This document shows, piece after piece, positions 62,421 to 64,000 of a DNA stretch of 64,000 nt (positions are counted from its first letter, which is position 1; every line of letters starts with the position of its first letter). A program made the translations under genes and the position numbers. Below the pieces are notes generated by a model. That model saw only the letters and a program-made list of their open reading frames with translations. It had not been told where the DNA came from and searched no databases. This DNA is from an uncultured Chloroflexia bacterium. GTDB taxonomy: Bacteria; Chloroflexota; Anaerolineae; Anaerolineales; UBA11858. The DNA lies in assembly GCA_963712165.1 (NCBI GenBank), contig CAVQGY010000005.1:123165-187164 (forward strand), written 5' to 3'.

Positions 62421-62915
62421 TTAACCTTCCCTCAGGTGAATGAATAATTGACCCCCATCCATTTTGGTTTCATACCGGTCCATGGGGCGAGGGGGCGGAC
62501 CAGAGACCACCTCACCGTGTTTGCCGAAATAGGCTGCATGGCAGGGACAGTAGAAACCTTCCTGCTCAGCATCCCAGTTTACACGGCAGCTGAGGTGGGT
62601 GCAGACATCCGAGAAAACGACCACATCCTTCCCTTCCTCCCGGAGGACATACACTCCATAGCTTTGGCTGCTTCTCTCCCAGCCGTTGATCTTTGTGAGG
62701 GTAAAATTGAACAGGGTAGGTGAGTTAAATGGATAATTTTCCAGGATGCCCAGGGATATCCACTCATCTCCTGCATCTCTTCCTAAAGCAGGTGAGATAA
62801 AATACTGGATAACAGGCAACCCTACGACAGCTGCCATGAGAGTTCCCAGGGATGAAGTGACGATCTTTACAAAACTTCGCCTGTCCATAACTGGTGAACG
62901 ATATTTCCTTGGCAT
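62421..62915 (-). CDS. Rieske 2Fe-2S protein with a Tat-type N-terminus
   Basis: MDRRSFVK (twin-Arg), CTHLSCRV and CPCHAAYF cluster-binding boxes. Confidence 0.9.
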   Translation of the reverse strand: MPRKYRSPVMDRRSFVKIVTSSLGTLMAAVVGLPVIQYFISPALGRDAGDEWISLGILENYPFNSPTLFNFTLTKINGWERSSQSYGVYVLREEGKDVVVFSDVCTHLSCRVNWDAEQEGFYCPCHAAYFGKHGEVVSGPPPRPMDRYETKMDGGQLFIHLREG

Positions 62916-62976
62916 AGATCACTCCAGGTTGTAGATGTGTGAAATATTCGTTTTAATGATTACAGAGTACCGTTTG

Positions 62977-62992
62977 TGTGAAAGTATTCACT
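62977..62992. promoter_or_regulatory. CRP-type palindrome TGTGA-N6-TCACT (site A)
   Basis: TGTGAaagtatTCACT in the divergent bc-complex/sdh intergenic region. Confidence 0.45.
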
Positions 62993-63044
62993 CATTATAG
63001 ACCAGAACCCCTATTGAGTCTGATGATATCTGAGACTAACAAAC

Positions 63045-63060
63045 TGTGAGAAATGTCACT
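63045..63060. promoter_or_regulatory. CRP-type palindrome TGTGA-N6-TCACT (site B)
   Basis: TGTGAgaaatgTCACT, with half-sites identical to site A, 68 bp away. Confidence 0.45.
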
Positions 63061-63162
63061 TTCAATATTAGGGCTTTAAATGACATAATGAAGGGATAAA
63101 TCAGATCCTGGATCCGAAGCCAGGATATTTTCTTTTTCTGCCCAGGCATTAAGGAGGAGAAT

Positions 63163-63549
63163 ATGGCGCTAAACCGCAGAGTTGGTTTAATCGCGGGAGC
63201 GAAATACAAAGGGGGCGGTCCAATGTTAGCCTGGATCCTCCACCGCATTTCCGGTTTGGGGATCATCCTGTTTGTGGCCCTACACGTGATAGCATCCTTC
63301 TTAACCCAGCAGATGGGGAGTGACCTGGGGATCTCGATCAATATCATCTACGAATCGATCTACTTCCAGTTGTTTATTGTATTCTGCGCCATCTTCCATG
63401 GTGTGAATGGCTTCAGGATCATTGTCTTGGATATCTGGCCTCGTTTGATCCGTTATCAAAAAGAAGCCACCTGGTTGGAGTGGTTCGTGGTTTTACCCCT
63501 TTATACTCTCATCGCATTTATCATGATCCAGCGTTTTCTCGCGGGATAA
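63163..63549 (+). CDS. sdhC: succinate dehydrogenase/fumarate reductase membrane anchor, cytochrome b subunit
   Basis: 128 aa, 3 TM. ...LAWILHRISGLGIILFVALHV... with His residues placed as haem ligands. AGGAGG lies before the ATG. Confidence 0.6.
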   Translation: MALNRRVGLIAGAKYKGGGPMLAWILHRISGLGIILFVALHVIASFLTQQMGSDLGISINIIYESIYFQLFIVFCAIFHGVNGFRIIVLDIWPRLIRYQKEATWLEWFVVLPLYTLIAFIMIQRFLAG

Positions 63550-63567
63550 ATAGTCAAGGAGTCAGGT

Positions 63568-63987
63568 ATGCGATCAAAAGCAATGCCAAAACCCAGCTGG
63601 AATCTGGAATACCTGATGTGGATCTTCACTCGCATATCAGGTTTAACCTTGATCCTGCTGGCGGTCCTGGGCATCTCCCTCGGCTTGTTGATGGGTGCCA
63701 GGAACCAGATGGATATGGGAACCCTGATGCGCTGGGCGTTTTTCCCCAACTCCAATCATGTCCTGGATAGTGAGATCCCGGATATTTTCTTGTGGGCGAA
63801 TGGTTTCTGGCAGATCATGCAGATCCTGGTGGTCTTCTTTGGGGCTACTCATGGTTTTAATGGCCTGCGAGTCGTCCTGGAAGATTACACTTCGCCAGGA
63901 ATCTGGCAGGCGGTCCTGCGGTTTGTGATCTTCCTGTTGTGGGTCTTTTCCGGATTAGTAGCTATTTACGTCATTCTCGGCTCCTGA
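63568..63987 (+). CDS. sdhD: second succinate dehydrogenase membrane anchor subunit (SdhD-like)
   Basis: 139 aa, 3 TM, WIFTRISGLTLILLAVLG..., GATHGFNGLRVVLEDY. Its partner sdhC is immediately upstream. sdhA would lie beyond the window. Confidence 0.5.
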   Translation: MRSKAMPKPSWNLEYLMWIFTRISGLTLILLAVLGISLGLLMGARNQMDMGTLMRWAFFPNSNHVLDSEIPDIFLWANGFWQIMQILVVFFGATHGFNGLRVVLEDYTSPGIWQAVLRFVIFLLWVFSGLVAIYVILGS

Positions 63988-64000
63988 GAGGAGAGCAGCT

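Overview
Chromosomal, housekeeping-rich 64-kb window. Gene content suggests a Chloroflexota (Anaerolineae-like) bacterium: bacterial Elp3, an FMN-riboswitch ThiXYZ/RibXY-type transporter, a CxxxY CcmE and a deazaflavin-dependent nitroreductase-family enzyme. That taxonomic call is an inference. I support about 70 protein genes on both strands, one tRNA-Pro(UGG), one FMN riboswitch, several intrinsic terminators and a few candidate operator or promoter sites. I saw no rRNA, CRISPR array, transposase, integrase or prophage genes. Landmarks, left to right: an SDR gene tail with a stop at the catalytic Tyr; a GNAT gene; a lipid-kinase cluster; a divergent Trm9-like methyltransferase and Elp3 pair; two tandem 170-bp structured elements; the conserved rpsB-tsf-pyrH-frr-uppS-cdsA-glpX block (minus strand); the FMN riboswitch with its ABC importer; a complete but rearranged System I cytochrome c maturation cluster (ccmE-F-H-G-x-x-A-B-C-D); an orphan lipoprotein pair; CPBP protease and PPK2; an ECF sigma/anti-sigma cluster with two secreted paralogues; a GGDEF protein; MTAP; archease-RtcB; thyA-folA; a PHP-domain gene followed by uvrB; secG; a peptide-type SBP; a P-type ATPase; an S9 peptidase-ferredoxin operon; rnhB; Hsp20; a Rieske/cytochrome b/subunit IV-dihaem c complex; and sdhCD at the right edge. 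The best candidates for something undescribed are: (1) the Elp3 + Trm9-like pair, a possible bacterial (m)cm5U34 tRNA-modification module; (2) the tandem 170-bp element, whose hairpins are kept by compensatory substitutions; (3) two non-canonical genes embedded in the ccm operon, together with a CxxxY CcmE that co-occurs with CcmH. All functional calls rest on motifs read by eye from the translations. No database search was possible.
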